From Octopus vulgaris (lineage: Eukaryota): a DNA stretch of 64,000 nucleotides. The notes beneath the pieces were generated by a model. That model saw nothing but the letters and a program-made list of their open reading frames with translations, did not search any database and had not been told where the DNA came from. The stretch covers positions 84,072,001 to 84,136,000 of the forward strand of contig OX597815.1 of assembly GCA_951406725.2 (NCBI GenBank), read 5' to 3'. Of the stretch, positions 29,568 through 44,524 are shown piece after piece; the first letter of the stretch is position 1, and every line of letters starts with the position of its first letter. The translations under genes were made by a program, and so were the position numbers.

Positions 29568-29929
29568 TACGTATTGAGGCATATTTCTCAGTTAAAGACG
29601 TATTTCCAGCTACGTGGCACCTGTTGAGTACCCAACAAGAAGCTCCTTATGCAACTGTCTCATAATTCTGACGAATATCTTCTGGAATGTAAAAAAAAGG
29701 AATTATTCTGCAATATTTCATATATACACACATAAGTCGGTATGTGCGAACATGTCTGAATCTGTGTTTATGTTTCCAGCTCTCAAAAAAGTGTTGACTA
29801 AATGTGTTCTGAATACAGATTCAAATACCTTTCGTTGTCACTACTTCGTATATTTCACCATTTCCATAGATATCGAATTATCTGTGTCTCCCTCATTTCC
29901 AATTACTTTTACTTTTTTCTTCGTTCCCT

Positions 29930-29974
29930 GTGTCCTTCTTCCTCTTTCTCTTATGCTCTCTTTCAGGATCTCTC

Positions 29975-30019
<45 letters not shown>

Positions 30020-30435
30020 CTCTCTCTCTCTCTCTCTCTCTCTGCTTTCTTCACTACATTTTCACCTCTCTCTCTCTCCCTTCCTCTACTCTGTTCACTG
30101 CCTTTACATCTCTTCTCTCTCTGCTTTTGTTACTACCTTCACATCTCCCACTCTCTTCTTTCCGCTTTCTTCACTACCTTTACATATCTCTTTCTCATCC
30201 ACGTTTCCTTGTCTCTCCCCTCTCTGCTTTCTTTCACTACCCTTCTCCAATCTCTCTCTCTCTCTATCTATCTATCTATGTATCTATTTTTTTCTTCTCT
30301 TCTCTCTGCTTTCTTCATGACATTTACATTTCTCTCCTTGTGTCTTTCTCAGTTACCCTCTCTTATGCTCACGGTCTATCGCTCTCTCCTCTGTTTTTCT
30401 TGACGACCGCCCTCTTATTCTGTTCCTTCTCTTTC
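29930..30435. repeat. Polypyrimidine tract with degenerate minisatellite (ctgctttcttcactacmtttacat, about 6 copies)
   Basis: The motif recurs near 30043, 30091, 30121, 30163, 30224 and 30306, separated by (CT)n. Confidence 0.7.
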
Positions 30436-30524
30436 AGTCTTTGTACCTGTAACTTAGCAGTTCGATAAAGAGACCGATAGAGTCAGTTGCAGACTGAAAA
30501 AAGGTATTGGAGTCTGGCCATATA

Positions 30525-30773
<249 letters not shown>

Positions 30774-30890
30774 TTATCCTAATGATTGAAGGTTGATGGC
30801 CTTATATGTTTCTACACATCGAGTTCTTGTAGAGCTCCCACTTTGTACAGGTTTGTTCCAGCATAAACTGTGTGTATACGTGTATATAGA

Positions 30891-30945
<55 letters not shown>

Positions 30946-31992
30946 AACACACATATATTTCTAAATACAAAGAATGAGAAGTAAAGAAGCTAGAATTGTA
31001 TATTGGAGAGAAGCGAGAAGCAGATATGTAATTACATGCTCACACTTACACAGATCCGCCCAATACCAATATATTCACAAAAAAAGCTGACATTTATATA
31101 TAAGTGGGAGTGTATGTATGAGTGTTTGAGTGACTGTATGTGCCCATGTGTTGTATGAATTTGCCTCACCATGGTTACGACTAAATGGTTGAAACTAGTA
31201 ACTTAATATTACAGTATATATTATTCATCTTTCTTTTCTATACAAAGATATTGATAACCAAAAATGATTGTGTCTGTTCTTGACTTTGGCATGAAGCCAT
31301 AAAAATTTAGTGGGAGGAATAATCGATTGTTTCAACTCTGGTACATCACTTGAACCTAATTTATCGAATCCGTATTGATGCAATAATAAATAGATAATAA
31401 ATAAATAAATAAATTAGTAAACTAGTAAATGAATCGGTTTAAGCAGAAATTCAGTTCAAAAAGAGAAAGTCACTAAATAGAGCAAGCAGCATTTAGTCGA
31501 GCATTCACAGGATTCTGACATTGCAGCATCTTGCCTTTCGTATTCTAACTGAGCGTACAAGTGAAGTTTGTTCAATAATCTACCTATGATTGCCTTGTCA
31601 ATTTGATGAAGACATCGGTAGCACAGTTTCTAGCATTAATATTAGCTATATATTAGACATATGTAATTACAAAATGATTTGGACAGCAATATTACAGTAC
31701 ATAATATGCCATACACACACGTACAATGCATACAGATGCATATATGACATACAGACACACAGACGCGCGCACACACAAGCATATTCTGACGCGACCACCA
31801 ATGTTTGACCTTACCCTGTTTTCCTTCCGTATTCTGCAAGAATTCAATAGCGGGTGATTAGTCCTACTATCTTCCCCAGAACCCTCCTTAGCCTACTGGG
31901 AATATGACCCCACGTTTCCACCAGCTGTATCCTATTATCTATACTTCTTTTTTGAATTTTGAATAATAAATATTGATTGACTTATGTATATA

Positions 31993-32207
31993 GAGGGTGG
32001 TCCAAAAGTAGGTTTACAGTATCACGTAGGCACTTTAAATTACTTTTAAAACATTATATTACATTTAAATTTTTAACTTACAATTAACTAAATTAGCATA
32101 AAATAATGGTTTCATTTTTTTTTTTCATAATTAAGATCTAAACCTGCTAATATATGAATGCGAAAGAGATAATTGAATAACTGTAAACCTACTTTCGGGC
32201 TACCCTG
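31993..32207. mobile_element. Tc1/mariner-type MITE
   Basis: About 28-bp TIRs (gagggtggtccaaaagtaggtttacagt / actgtaaacctactttcgggctaccctg), TA on both flanks, 215 bp, non-coding. Confidence 0.85.
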
Positions 32208-32419
32208 TATATATATCAACAGTTTACAGTAAGAGCATGTGAAGTATAAGGGGCAGAAAGTTGCACCGGTAATCCAGGTAGAGTGGTGGTAAAGTTGTAC
32301 AGGAGAGGGGGAAAGGTCCGTGACGTATGTAGGGAGGAGACGAGGTGCAGTCGGGTAAAATCGAACTGGCTGACCATGTGAGCGTATATTGTATAAGGTT
32401 CTATTTTACTCCACACAGC

Positions 32420-33465
32420 CTCCGATTTCATTGTCCATACCCCAACGCAACCATTTTCTTCCATCCTATAATCCACAAACCCAACAACCCTGGCTGCCCC
32501 ATCGTTTTTGTCTGCAGTTACCCCCCACTGGACTCACTTCAAAATACTTTGAGCTCATCCTCGCACCGCTAGTGATTTCCCTCCCCGCATATATTCATGA
32601 TACCACCCATGCTCATCGCCATTTGAATTCTTCTTCGTTTCTTCCCGGCCCCTCCAGACTCCTGTTCACATTTGACATCAAAACATATATACGTTTTCCC
32701 CCGCAACGAAAGTCTCCTCGCATTAACATACTTACTCGACCTTTGTGCTGATCACCAATCTGACACCTCTACTCTCTTTCTTTTGCCTGAACTTGCTTCT
32801 CATTCGCAGGCAAATTTTACCACTAAATTTCAGGAATAGCTATCGAAACGAGAACTATGCGAACCTGTTCGTCGGATGTGTGGAGACCGAAATATTCTCT
32901 CACTCCATCGATCTTACTCCTAAGCTATGTTATACGGTTGTTACTGTTCCAGTGCGACCTCACTTTTCCTCGAACATCTGGACTTCCTCTGTTTCTCACA
33001 GCCCTTTGATCCTACCCTTGAACTCTCTAGATCTGTCTCCAACACCTGCGCTAACTTTCTCGACGTTTCGTTTACCATTCCTACTTCTCTCTTACCACCT
33101 GCAGTCACTATAGATTCACAGATTCATCGCCCTTCTCCTCCTCCCATCTTCCGACACCAATCTGTCCATTCCTTCCACTTAGTCTCCCCGCCTCCGCCGG
33201 CTCTGTAGTGACGACCGCTCCTCGTCTCTACCACACCTCCACCTTATCCCTCGTAACGCACCATTCTACGCGCTTTCCGCCGACTATAGTCTGACCCCTC
33301 CCTCCACCTTCCCCATCTTCCGTATTCCATCCCTCCACCTTTCACACGCGCCCATAGCATTCGAGACCTTCTGGTCCATAGATTTTTTCCCCACTCCCAA
33401 CACTCAACCTGGCTCCTTTCTAGCTCTCACCCAAGGTGTCTCACCTGACACGTCCTCTCCAGCTT
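32420..33465 (+). mobile_element. Penelope-like element RT fragment, pseudogenised
   Basis: IHKPNNPGCPIV...SKYFELILAPLVISLPAYIHDTTHA...RLLFTFDIK, then NYANLFVGCVE and NFLDVS. These are motifs typical of Penelope-type RTs. C-rich, many frameshifts. Confidence 0.85.
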
Positions 33466-33714
33466 GGGGAGAACGGATATTCTCAGAGAGGGAACAGGAT
33501 GGGGTTATACAAGATGAAGGCCTAGTTGATTTAAATTGCATGGCTACCTCAAGGAAATGCTAATGAGCAAATATCGGTGGTTTGCAGTGAATGGACATTG
33601 TAAATACTGTAGTAGAAAAAGAAGTGAAAGTATCATAACTTGTAATGTCCCTTGAAGCAACGACCGTTGGTATTTGTTATTTAGCTATGAGAAGGGGTTT
33701 TCCTCCCCTAGGGG

Positions 33715-33928
33715 CAGCATTACACATTATGTGGAAAATGTGAAGAGTTTATGAGTATCTCTGGAACATAAGTGATGTATGTTCCCTGCGTGAACGAAAT
33801 CGGATGAAAAATATTGATTTTAAGGGAAATCAAGACAAAGGTCTGCACACACGCACGCTCACAAACGCGCACACACGCGTACACGCACACACACACACAC
33901 ACATCTTCCGTTTTATTATGTATAATAT
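33715..33928 (-). mobile_element. Helitron-like 5' fragment
   Basis: Minus strand tatacataataaaacggaagatg(tg)n...catccgatttcgttcac has the same layout as the 5' ends of the two other Helitrons. No 3' end seen. Confidence 0.5.
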
Positions 33929-34124
33929 ATATATAAAGAATAGGGACTTGAAATTTGCACAGGTACCAGACCTGGCTAAGGACATCGATCACTTAGAATT
34001 GTTTAAGATAAACAATTAAACAGTAGTTCATTCGAAAGGTAAATTTTGAGTATATAATCACGATATAATGAAGGACGGGTGTTTAATTCTTCATTTTTCA
34101 TTATGATGTATAATGTGTAAATAT

Positions 34125-34181
<57 letters not shown>

Positions 34182-35080
34182 GAGACACACACAAACCGTA
34201 TATATATATAGCGTATTTGTAAAATATCCGCTTATATTATGGATGCGAACGCATTTGTATGTATTTATGTGGTGGATGCATACAAAACTAAAAGTACAAT
34301 TGTGTATCCAGTTTACTGCAACATCGTTAGCGATAGATCAGATTTTCAAAGATACGTTTGTGCCTAAAGTTTTGAGTGTCCTATACTACTTTTGAATGTT
34401 TTTGGTTTTAAAGAAATTATAGCAGAGAAAAGCATTTAACAGACGATTACCTACAGCCATAAAATCTTTTTTCCACTCTTTGAAGCTATTTATTTTATGT
34501 AATTTTACATAAACAAAAAAACTTCAATAGATGTTTGCTCAAAGCTAAATGTCTTTGTGTATCTTTGTTTTGTTTTTCTGCTTTTTTCTATGAGGCCTAT
34601 ATTACTGTGCATTTATATGTTTCTGAGTAGGCAGGTTGTCGGTTATACTTTAGATTTTTTTTTTAAATGGTTTGTAACGGCATGGTATAACATAATGAAC
34701 AGAATAATGGTTTAAGAAAATCCTTTGGTTGAAAATCTTAGATTCAGCTTCATCATACGTGTTGCACACACATATATATCTCACATATCTAAAATAACAT
34801 GTTTTTTTAAAAACAAAAATCCGAGTCTGAATTTCGAAACATGAACCGAACGAGAAAAACTCTCTTTCATGAACGCTATATCAAGTCCCTATTTCTACAG
34901 TTATTTCCTCGATGGATGGATACATAGTATATGTCTGTGTTCATGTGTGTGTGTGTTTGCGTGTGCATGTTTGTGCGTTTCTATGCAAACACACATATAT
35001 ACGTAAATATACATATATATATGTATGTATATATATATAGAGCTATAGAGACAGGCAGACAGACAAAGACATACACACGC

Positions 35081-35114
<34 letters not shown>

Positions 35115-35553
35115 CTCGTTTTGGCTGCAAAGTTTATAGCAATTAAGTTTTAAATAAAAGTGTAAGCAAATAGCGTAAAATCTATCTGCTGATGTGCAAC
35201 GGCGCTGCACCAGAATTTAATATTGTTTTACCAGTGCGGCTTCGCTACACATCGGCAGATAGACTTTACGCTATTTGCATATACCTCAGACCAGCGATTT
35301 GAATTCGTGTCGAGGGAGACTCGAGTTTTCTCGAAATATCGATATCTACCGTTCTCGTTTACGTTACGGGGCGATTCGCTTTACTTGATTGTTTTAATAC
35401 TGTAAATCTTAAATAGAGTGTTAGAACAATTCGGTTTCATTTCAAATATAACAGTTGCTCAGCACTGATGGAGCCACTTTCAACTTTAAAATTAAAGGAA
35501 AGATATTTATATGTACCCTCAGTTACACGCACATTCATACACACAAACGCACA

Positions 35554-35589
<36 letters not shown>

Positions 35590-35594
<5 letters not shown>

Positions 35595-36077
35595 TATCAG
35601 GGTTAGAAAAAATTTTAGAAATTTTTTACTACCAGTGGCCTAGCTTGTAGAAGAATTAGTCAATGGAGTATATATTATTCATATAAATACATTTAAACAC
35701 AAAAGAGGTAACCATTATAGGATATCTTGCACGCTAGACGAAAAAGCCAAAATGCAAACCACTATTAGGGATAAATGTCGAAGTGAATGAAAAATAAAAA
35801 CATTTATCATCTATCACCTGGACCATGGTTTCTGACTATATTAGCAAATAAAATTATTTGCTAGGCGGAGTCTTCATCATCAGGTACGCCAAGATTAAAC
35901 GTATAAATACGAGGCAACCCAGCATATATCTCGGGCTTATATATCATAGTTTTTCAAATCCACCTCGCAAGCCCAGTTTTTTGTTGGCAGCAAATAAAAT
36001 AATGCCGGTGTTACTTCGAAAATTTACCAAAAATGATCAATAATTAATAATATCAGGGTAAGAAAACATTTTAGAAA
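35590..36077 (-). mobile_element. Hammerhead-containing non-coding element with 32-bp terminal direct repeat (retrozyme or PLE pLTR-like)
   Basis: 35590-35621 and 36046-36077 match 30/32, giving a period of 456 bp. Hammerhead motif at 35816-35885. Left end lies in (TA)n. Confidence 0.6.
35816..35885 (-). ncRNA. Type I hammerhead ribozyme-like motif
   Basis: Minus strand: ACCTG | ATGATGA A | GACT..TAGCAAATAA-TT-TTATTTGCTA..AGTC A | GAAA CC AT GG TC | CAGGT. Stems I, II and palindromic III are present with a GUC cleavage triplet. C3 is replaced by A in this register. Confidence 0.6.
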
Positions 36078-36597
36078 CTCGAAACAATCCAACGAAGCTA
36101 CACAAAGAGAATCGTTTCAATGAAACTTATCAGTTACTGGCAAAGACTGAAAGAGTTAAATCTCTTCTCCCTAGAATGAAGGCGGAAAAGATATGCAGTG
36201 AGACACATTTGGAAAATCCTGAAAGGCCTTGTACCAAACTTTGACATTGAAAGTTACACAAACAACAAAACGGAGTGCTCCTGCAAGGTGCCCAAGAGCC
36301 CAGCATCAGCATCACTATACAGGACCAGCATTTTGGGTTTCAAGAGCCCACAGCTCTTCAGTTTCCTTCGAAAATGTCAGAGAGACCTGCATAAAGTGGA
36401 TGTAGGTATCTTCAATAATAAAACTGGATCTCCTCCTTTCAAAGGTTCCAGATGAGAGAGGTCACACAGATGAGGGCAGCAGCATCAAACCCCCTCATTC
36501 ACCATTCACCAAATGACACTTATCAGAGGAGGTTTCAAATAATGGTTTAGCACAGCCAACAGTGCATGACTGCAGGTTTAAAGCGGAAACAATTTAA

Positions 36598-36600
<3 letters not shown>
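36078..36600 (+). mobile_element. CR1-type LINE 3' fragment
   Basis: LETIQRSYTKRI...YWQRLKELN...RHIWKILKGLVPNFDIESY...LGFKSPQLF; related to 46570-47125. Confidence 0.8.
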
Positions 36601-36657
<57 letters not shown>

Positions 36658-37179
36658 ATACATACATATGTCGCAAGCCAGGCACCGGTGATATTTCATT
36701 TCTTAATATTCTGTTTCCAACTATTTTCAGAATACTCTGGAGTCATAAAATACAAGACATATAGAATACCAAATTCTGATCATTCTCTTATATTCTACTA
36801 AATGGTGTTTATTAATATCTTACTGCCTTTTTCAGTATCCCGGATTATAAGAGCCTTACTCTGAAAAAAAATCACGATCTATATTTATATTACAAATATT
36901 TTGGGGTACAAATTATTGCATTTAAAAAAAAACCAAATTCTTCTAATTTATAATACATATAATTGAGTATGTGGTTGCGAGAAGCTTCAACCTCTTGAAT
37001 TTGAGATCGGTGTTTTTTTTTAATTATTCAACGGCAAAGATATCTCAAATTTATTAGTTCAGTACACCAATTTATACCTGTAACTTTATATTTATGACGG
37101 TAGATTAAAATCCTAGTCGTTATAACATTTGAAAGGCATAGGAACTTCCAGAATGATTTTGTGTATATATATACATCAG

Positions 37180-37517
37180 CATCAAAATGAAAATCAAATG
37201 GAACTTGTTGTTGTGAAAAGTGTCATCCGAACGTGATCGATGTCAGAGCCGCCTTGACCGGTTTCCGTGCCGGTGGCACGTAAAAGGCACCAACCGATCG
37301 TAGCCGTTGCCAGGACCCCTCTGGTCCCTGTGCCAGTGGCACGTAAATGTATCCACTACACTCGAGGAGTGGTTGGCGTTAGGAAGAGCCTCCAGCTGTA
37401 GAAACACTGCCAGATCAGACTGGAGTCTGTTGCAGCCTCCTGGCTTCCCAGACCCCAGTCGAAGCGTCCAACCCATGATAGCATGTAAAACGGACATTAA
37501 ACGATGATGATGATGAT
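37180..37517 (+). mobile_element. SINE 3' half (family S3) with (GAT)n tail
   Basis: Internal duplicated gtgccrgtggcacgtaaa, ggttggcgttaggaagagcctccagctgtagaaac block, ends ggacattaaacgatgatgatgatga. Confidence 0.7.
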
Positions 37518-37849
37518 ACATACTCTACGTGGAATCAAATCACCATTTAAATCCAGGAAATTCTTCCCTCATTCTCAGATGTCATACTTGTTTATTATAT
37601 AGTAATTGAATATACACAAAGCTTTTGAAATGTTTGCTGTTTCTATTTAATTTCATTTATTTGTGTACGTAGCTCCTTATTTAAATTAGAAGCATTACTC
37701 TGTTACCTAGAAGCCTAAATTAATATTTCTATATCTGAAATACATTTGAGGTTATAAACACACATACACACATACGTATGTGTATATATGTATATATATA
37801 TACATATATATACATACGTATATATATATATATATATACACATACATAC

Positions 37850-37896
<47 letters not shown>

Positions 37897-37901
<5 letters not shown>

Positions 37902-38070
37902 GATTTACAAAAAAGACAAAAGACGAAGGCAGGTGTGTAAACAACAAACATATGTATTAGTTTAACGCTCGGGAAGTGAAAAAGTCTTTTACGTTTCGAG
38001 CCTACGCTCTTCGACAGAAAGAAACACAGAAATAAAGAGGGAGAGAATATAGAAAATAGCAAATTACAGG
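37897..38070 (-). mobile_element. Penelope-like pLTR fragment with minimal hammerhead (37986-38021)
   Basis: Minus strand CTTT CTGTCGA A GAGC-gtag-GCTC GAAA CG TA AAAG. Embedded in (TA)n/(CA)n. Confidence 0.65.
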
Positions 38071-39028
38071 CGCACACACACACACATATATATACATATG
38101 TAATTTTAGCAATTTAATAGAAAATCCTGCTGGTATGAAGTCTCAACAGGGTATTAAAATAATTCCTATTTCACTGTAGGTCTAATATATTTCCGAACGC
38201 GACACTTCTCAGAAGTTGGATAACTAAAATATATTTCACGCTTAATAATGGAATTATCCTTAAAATTTAGTTATTATTCAACAAAATACTAGTGGTGCAC
38301 AAAACAATAATCAAGAACAAAATGAAAACTATGTATCAACTCTTTTGTAGCTATTATATATTGTTCTAGCGATAATTTATATTTATTTTAAAATATAAGG
38401 TAGACGTTTTATTGGGTAGATGTTCTACTGTATGGGTACTGGGAGATGATGTTGTTGGTATGATTTTCCTTTCCATTGTTTAATGAAATATTTTGGTATT
38501 TCATGACTTTTCGTGGCTAAATTGAAAGAAATAGGAAGAATAACTTCTTTAGAATTACATACTTTGATAAATCATGTCAAAATTGCATGAACGGCAGATA
38601 TGATAACAATATCATCAATAATAACAACAACAACAACAACAGCTACTACTACTACTAATACTACTACTACTACAGTAAGAGCACAAATGTTAATCACACT
38701 AATAAGAAAAGCATAGAAAATTAACAATAAAAGTGAAAGGAAGACGAAAAAAATTGAGGAAGTAAAATGAAGAAAGGATACCTGGCAAAATCAATTATCT
38801 TTTTCTATTCTTATACTCACTCCTTCCGTGATTAATTTATATAATCATTATTGTTACTCTCCAAAATGCCGCCTTCTCAATTGTACCAGAGATTAAAAAT
38901 GAAGATGATCACTATTAGATGAAACAGATGAAAAAAAATCTGTTATCACCATCAATATTATTATTTCCAGTATCAGTATCATGCGCACCACCACCACCAC
39001 CATCATCATCATCGTCACCGTCGTTGTT

Positions 39029-39916
<888 letters not shown>

Positions 39917-39924
39917 TATTATTA

Positions 39925-39955
<31 letters not shown>

Positions 39956-40008
39956 GATTATTATTATTATTATCATTATTATTATTATTATTGTCATTAT
40001 TATTATTA

Positions 40009-40055
<47 letters not shown>

Positions 40056-40682
40056 ATTATTATGCAATAGTCTTATTTGTTGCATTATAACTCAAATATT
40101 CTATTTATTATTAGCCTCGAATTTTTCATTAGTTTTGGCAGTATATTTTGTGGTTTTAGGCGCAAGATCACTCACTGCATTCCGAGACCCCTCATGGTAG
40201 ATATTGACAGTGGATATCACAAGTCAACAAAAGAGCCGACTCTCCAATCTGCTTAGATATTTCTTGTGACACTGTAGCCATATATACGTTAGCTAATTCG
40301 GCTAACAAACCATTTCTTAACAAGACCATTATTTTGCTTCCTACCTCTGTCTAGATCTTACTCGTACACAACTTTGGGTTGAACCAGACTCAAAGCACAT
40401 TCATCATTCTCTCGACCCAGTAACAAAAGCCATTAATTCAGAGGGATTCATTCTAAGGAGGCTCAAGTGGACACCTAGTTTCTTTTCCCAATTATAGGCG
40501 TCTTAGTATTGATCAAAATGGTTGAAAATAAATGCATAAACTAAAACCCGGACATAGAAATATGAAAAATTTACAATAAATGGCATTATTTACAGCATCA
40601 TAACTATTACAGACTATGTTCTTAATATTATAGAAACGACAATATCAAAATAGATAACTGTACATACATATCATTATTATTA

Positions 40683-40753
<71 letters not shown>

Positions 40754-41297
40754 GAGTGAGAGAGCAGTGCATGCCATCAAAGTGACACTGGGGTAAAATA
40801 TACGAAGCCTAGTATAACCATCATGACTACCCGTCTGATAAGGGTACACTAGGCACATGCATCACAACCATGTGTGCGCGACATGGTGATCTCATATCAA
40901 GATAAACAGCACATGACCTTGCAGGTGGAGCCCAGATAGAATTTTCTTCAGGTCGAGTAACCCATCCCACTCGAAAGGTCCCTGAATAAGGGTTGTTTAA
41001 GGATGTTGAACGAAACACCCATGTTTCCAGAGGTGAATTATCCAAACCCCAAAGAACCCCGCTCAACACACGTCTATGATGCTCCCCCACTACTTCTGCT
41101 CGTGATCAGAGATGCACATATCGTCAGCCATGAAGGGACATGCTCAACTGGTTAAGGTCAAACAACTGACAAGCAACTCTGTGGTATTGAGCAGAATATT
41201 TGCTGTAGCCCATCTTTTATACCAAGACAAAACAATGTACATGATAACACTTCCAATCAGTTAAGATCAGAAGCCATGAGAGCCACTGCCTGGTACT
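40754..41297 (-). mobile_element. 544-bp non-coding element X inserted in (TTA)n
   Basis: Sharp boundaries with TTA arrays on both sides, several hairpins, no credible ORF. Strand is inferred from the array orientation. Confidence 0.65.
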
Positions 41298-41400
41298 TAT
41301 TATTATTATCACTATTATTATCATTATTATTATCATCATTATTATTATTATCATTATTAATAATAATAATAATAATTATTATTATTATTATTATTCTTAA

Positions 41401-41476
<76 letters not shown>

Positions 41477-41479
<3 letters not shown>

Positions 41480-42205
41480 TAGTATATTTTTTATATCGTG
41501 CTTTCACTTCACTACCGAGCTCAGCTCTGTGTGCCTTGGGTATGTACTGTGATCTGTTGTAATGCTCTGATGGTTATTGTATGGAAAGTGTTCTGCGTAG
41601 GATGTGTGCAGCGCCTAGTAGTGCAATTTTCTGTATGTTATATGTGTTTGTAAGTCCTGGTGTTTTTGTTATGTATTTGTCTAAATATTTTTTTATCATG
41701 CCTAATGCACCTATTATGATAGGAATTGTTTCTCTTTTTAGATTCCACATTCTGGTTACCTCTATTTCCAGGTCTTTGTATTTTGAAAGTTCTCCATTTC
41801 TTTTAGAGACACGTTGTCATCCGCTGGTATTGATACATCAATTAGAAAACATTTTTCTTCTTCATGATCTCTGACAACTATATCTGGTCTGTTGGCCTTA
41901 ATTTCTCTATCTGTGTGTATTGGCATATCCCAGAGTATGGTTGCTTTCTCGTTTTCTGTGACCTGTTCTGGTGTGGGCCTATACCATCTTTTTTCTGTTG
42001 TTATTCCATAATGTTGGCATAGTTTCCAGTGTATATAGGTCCCAACTCTGTCGTGTCTGTGAATATATTCCTTCTTAGCCAGGACTAGGCAGCTAGAGAT
42101 AATATGATCTATTGTTTCTTGCCCATCTCCAAATATTCTGCAGTTACTTGTTATATTTCTTTTCATTACATGTTTTTGGTAATTTCTGGTGGGGAGGCTT
42201 TGGTC
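41477..42205 (-). mobile_element. R4/Dong-type LINE family B (duplicate copy)
   Basis: Identical by eye to 39188-39916. Confidence 0.93.
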
Positions 42206-42213
42206 TATTATTA

Positions 42214-42244
<31 letters not shown>

Positions 42245-42297
42245 GATTATTATTATTATTATCATTATTATTATTATTATTGTCATTATTATTATTA

Positions 42298-42344
<47 letters not shown>

Positions 42345-42971
42345 ATTATTATGCAATAGTCTTATTTGTTGCATTATAACTCAAATATTCTATTTATTAT
42401 TAGCCTCGAATTTTTCATTAGTTTTGGCAGTATATTTTGTGGTTTTAGGCGCAAGATCACTCACTGCATTCCGAGACCCCTCATGGTAGATATTGACAGT
42501 GGATATCACAAGTCAACAAAAGAGCCGACTCTCCAATCTGCTTAGATATTTCTTGTGACACTGTAGCCATATATACGTTAGCTAATTCGGCTAACAAACC
42601 ATTTCTTAACAAGACCATTATTTTGCTTCCTACCTCTGTCTAGATCTTACTCGTACACAACTTTGGGTTGAACCAGACTCAAAGCACATTCATCATTCTC
42701 TCGACCCAGTAACAAAAGCCATTAATTCAGAGGGATTCATTCTAAGGAGGCTCAAGTGGACACCTAGTTTCTTTTCCCAATTATAGGCGTCTTAGTATTG
42801 ATCAAAATGGTTGAAAATAAATGCATAAACTAAAACCCGGACATAGAAATATGAAAAATTTACAATAAATGGCATTATTTACAGCATCATAACTATTACA
42901 GACTATGTTCTTAATATTATAGAAACGACAATATCAAAATAGATAACTGTACATACATATCATTATTATTA

Positions 42972-43039
<68 letters not shown>

Positions 43040-43583
43040 GAGTGAGAGAGCAGTGCATGCCATCAAAGTGACACTGGGGTAAAATATACGAAGCCTAGTA
43101 TAACCATCATGACTACCCGTCTGATAAGGGTACACTAGGCACATGCATCACAACCATGTGTGCGCGACATGGTGATCTCATATCAAGATAAACAGCACAT
43201 GACCTTGCAGGTGGAGCCCAGATAGAATTTTCTTCAGGTCGAGTAACCCATCCCACTCGAAAGGTCCCTGAATAAGGGTTGTTTAAGGATGTTGAACGAA
43301 ACACCCATGTTTCCAGAGGTGAATTATCCAAACCCCAAAGAACCCCGCTCAACACACGTCTATGATGCTCCCCCACTACTTCTGCTCGTGATCAGAGATG
43401 CACATATCGTCAGCCATGAAGGGACATGCTCAACTGGTTAAGGTCAAACAACTGACAAGCAACTCTGTGGTATTGAGCAGAATATTTGCTGTAGCCCATC
43501 TTTTATACCAAGACAAAACAATGTACATGATAACACTTCCAATCAGTTAAGATCAGAAGCCATGAGAGCCACTGCCTGGTACT
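43040..43583 (-). mobile_element. Element X (duplicate copy)
   Basis: Identical by eye to 40754-41297. Confidence 0.65.
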
Positions 43584-43686
43584 TATTATTATTATCACTA
43601 TTATTATCATTATTATTATCATCATTATTATTATTATCATTATTAATAATAATAATAATAATTATTATTATTATTATTATTCTTAA

Positions 43687-43780
<94 letters not shown>

Positions 43781-43781
<1 letters not shown>

Positions 43782-44414
43782 TATATTTGACTTTTGCTTT
43801 ACATTTGCACAAGCTGGCCCCAAGTCTCACCCAGAGACCTCAAGAGACAATTTGGAAGTTCATGTTGGTGTTATGCCTAGGGTGCCATATATTTGGTTTT
43901 GTACTTAGTGTTGTATTAGTGAATGCCTAAAGAACCATACGAAAATTATGTTTGTTTTAAAACTTGAGATTACATAGAAAGCATTTTGCGTAGGATATGA
44001 ACAGTTCTCATGAGCACTATCTTTTGAATTTTTGCTATTTTGGGGTTTGCTGGTATCTGAGTTAGGTAGCAATCAACCCCTTTTGCTATCATTCCCAGGG
44101 CACCTATGACAACAGGTATTGTTTTAGTCTTCAGGTTCCACATTTTGCTGATTTATATTTCCAGATCTTATATTTGCTCAGTTTCTGGTAGGTCTTGACA
44201 GATACGTTTATATCGATTGGGCCACTCATATCAATGAGGAGGCATGGTTTTTGTCTGAAGTCTTTTACTATGATGTCTGGCCTATTCGCGTCTATCTTTC
44301 TGTCAGTTTGAATAGTGAAGTTCCAGAGGAGTGAGAAGCGGTCATTTTCAAGCACTGGAGGTGGTTTGTGTTCCCATCAGTTTTTATCATGGGGTAAGTC
44401 CAGGTTTTTGTAAA

Positions 44415-44415
<1 letters not shown>
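43781..44415 (-). mobile_element. R4/Dong-type LINE family C, 3' fragment
   Basis: LENDRFSLLWNFTIQTDRKIDANRPDIIVKD...LIDMSGPID...KLSKYK, with a distinct 3' UTR. TTA flanks. Confidence 0.9.
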
Positions 44416-44492
<77 letters not shown>

Positions 44493-44524
44493 CATTATTA
44501 TTATAAGTATTATAAGTATTGTTT

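Noticed and set aside
29614-30468. 284-aa ORF
   Set aside because: It stays open only because of the CT-rich tract, and the product is low-complexity Leu/Ser/Phe.
41080-41135. CTGACGA hammerhead-like core in element X (minus strand)
   Set aside because: No GAAA or properly placed stems II and III follow it.
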